Source: a virus
Virus genome (UHGV): UHGV-0276752
Length of the DNA: 16,103 nt
Reading direction: 5' to 3' (one strand)
Made by a program: the position numbers and the translations under genes
The notes under the pieces: generated by a model
What the model was told of the DNA's origin: nothing
The model's input: only the letters and a program-made list of their open reading frames with translations
The model's database searches: none
Part shown: positions 14,902 through 16,103 of the stretch, piece after piece
How positions within the stretch are numbered: the first letter of the stretch is position 1
Layout of the letters: each line of letters begins with the position of its first letter

Positions 14902-16103
14902 ATGGCTAACCAATTAGCAAAAGACCTTGAAATCATGTTCGAAAACTACGTTGAAGGCTTTGAGGCCGCCTGCGTAGTTTCCCGTAACGCTAAAAAATTC
15001 CGTCCCGGTGATACAGCAATGCAGCGAGCAGGTGATGTTCTGTATCGTCCGCAGCATTACCACATGAACATTGAAGAAGGCCTCGATCTCAGCAGCAAAA
15101 CGCCAACAGCACTGGTTCAGCGCCTTGTTCCTTCTGTGTTCAAGGAGCCGAAAAACATTCTGTACACTCTGGATGCGCGTGAAATGCGTGACCCGGAACA
15201 TAAAACTGAAGCTGGTCGCGCCGCAGGTATGCGCCTTGCTGCACAGATTGACTCTGACCTGATTTCCATGGTTACGCAGCGTGCTACTAACGTGATCACG
15301 ATGGCTGACTCAACCACAGGTTCACAGGGCCGTGATTTGTGGAACTGTGCGGCAGGTATTGATGCCACCATGACGGCGATTGGTGTACCTCAGGGTATCA
15401 ACCGTCGCTCTTTCTGGAACCCCTTCAACTACAAAGACCTTGCTGGCGAGCTTGGTCACCGTGCCTACGCTCAGGGCGCAACCCTGACAGCATACGAAAA
15501 AGCGCAGATCCCTCCGGTTGCTTCCTTTGATAGCTACAAGACCGATATTTCTGGTCGATTACCGAAAGGAAGCGCTGAATCCTTGACAGTATCAGGCCAA
15601 CCTGAACACAAGGTTGAAGCGAAAGATTCAAATGGTATGCCAGTTGATAACCGACAGGGGACTATTACGGTATCTGCATCTGGCTTGCAGGTTGGTGATG
15701 CGTTCACCATTGCCGGTGTGAATTCCGTACACCAGATCACAAAAGATACCACCGGGCAACCGCAGGTATTCCGTGTTCTGGATGTTAGCGGAACTACCGT
15801 AACAATCTCTCCAAAGATTCTCCCTGTTGAAAATACCGATGTTGCGAGTCGTCCATATGCAAACGTCGATGCCAAACCGGCAGAATCAGCAGCAATCACC
15901 ATTCTCAACAAGAACGCAGCACCTGCTAACCTGTTCTGGGCTGATGGTTCTGTTGAGCTGATGTACGGCAAACTGGCGTTCCCGACTGGTCAGGGTCCAC
16001 AGGTAATGACGGCAACCACCGAGCAGGGCGCTACGCTGATCATGTCTTACGCCTTCGACCACATCAAAGGCGTAACCACTGCGCGTTTCACCACTCTGTA
16101 CGG
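14902..16103 (+). CDS. Major capsid (coat) protein, P22 gp5 / Sf6 gp5 family, 3'-truncated by the window edge
   Basis: ATG 14902 with GGAG SD at 14890-14893. Open frame to the window end (400 codons). Position after scaffold; HK97-fold coat of P22-like phages. Confidence 0.85.
   Translation, partial: MANQLAKDLEIMFENYVEGFEAACVVSRNAKKFRPGDTAMQRAGDVLYRPQHYHMNIEEGLDLSSKTPTALVQRLVPSVFKEPKNILYTLDAREMRDPEHKTEAGRAAGMRLAAQIDSDLISMVTQRATNVITMADSTTGSQGRDLWNCAAGIDATMTAIGVPQGINRRSFWNPFNYKDLAGELGHRAYAQGATLTAYEKAQIPPVASFDSYKTDISGRLPKGSAESLTVSGQPEHKVEAKDSNGMPVDNRQGTITVSASGLQVGDAFTIAGVNSVHQITKDTTGQPQVFRVLDVSGTTVTISPKILPVENTDVASRPYANVDAKPAESAAITILNKNAAPANLFWADGSVELMYGKLAFPTGQGPQVMTATTEQGATLIMSYAFDHIKGVTTARFTTLY

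Noticed and set aside
15534-15971. Minus-strand ORF of 145 aa
   Set aside because: Antisense shadow within the coat protein gene.
1-16103. A complete novel defence or anti-defence operon (toxin-antitoxin, retron, CBASS, restriction-modification, Abi)
   Set aside because: No reverse transcriptase, cyclase, methyltransferase, ATPase-nuclease pair or toxin-antitoxin-sized gene pair is present. Every sizeable ORF is accounted for by known lambdoid functions, so only the single-gene candidates listed in findings remain.

Overview
This window is the right arm of a P22-like (Sf6/HK620-type) lambdoid prophage from an enterobacterium, with every gene on the + strand and no novel multi-gene system that I can support from sequence alone. 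Gene order runs: 3' end of cro, nutR-like boxA, cII-like regulator, a small basic ORF, an O-like replication initiator with internal iterons, a DnaB-type helicase, a tR2-like terminator, the nin region (ninB, ninD, ninE, ninF, Rha/KilAC antirepressor-like protein, YbcO-like nuclease, AT-rich HNH endonuclease, frameshifted rusA, ninH), antiterminator Q, a ~530 bp non-coding late leader, a lambda-type lysis cassette (S, R, Rz with embedded Rz1), a Rha regulator, an orf80-like gene, small and large terminase, portal, scaffold and a 3'-truncated coat gene. Most proteins were recognised by recalled similarity to lambda, P22 and Sf6 proteins; no search could be run. The points most worth a second look are the apparent 1-nt frameshift in rusA, the accessory insertion in the nin region (antirepressor-like, YbcO-like, HNH), the long untranslated Q-to-S leader, and an unannotated 53-codon ORF between cII and the replication gene.
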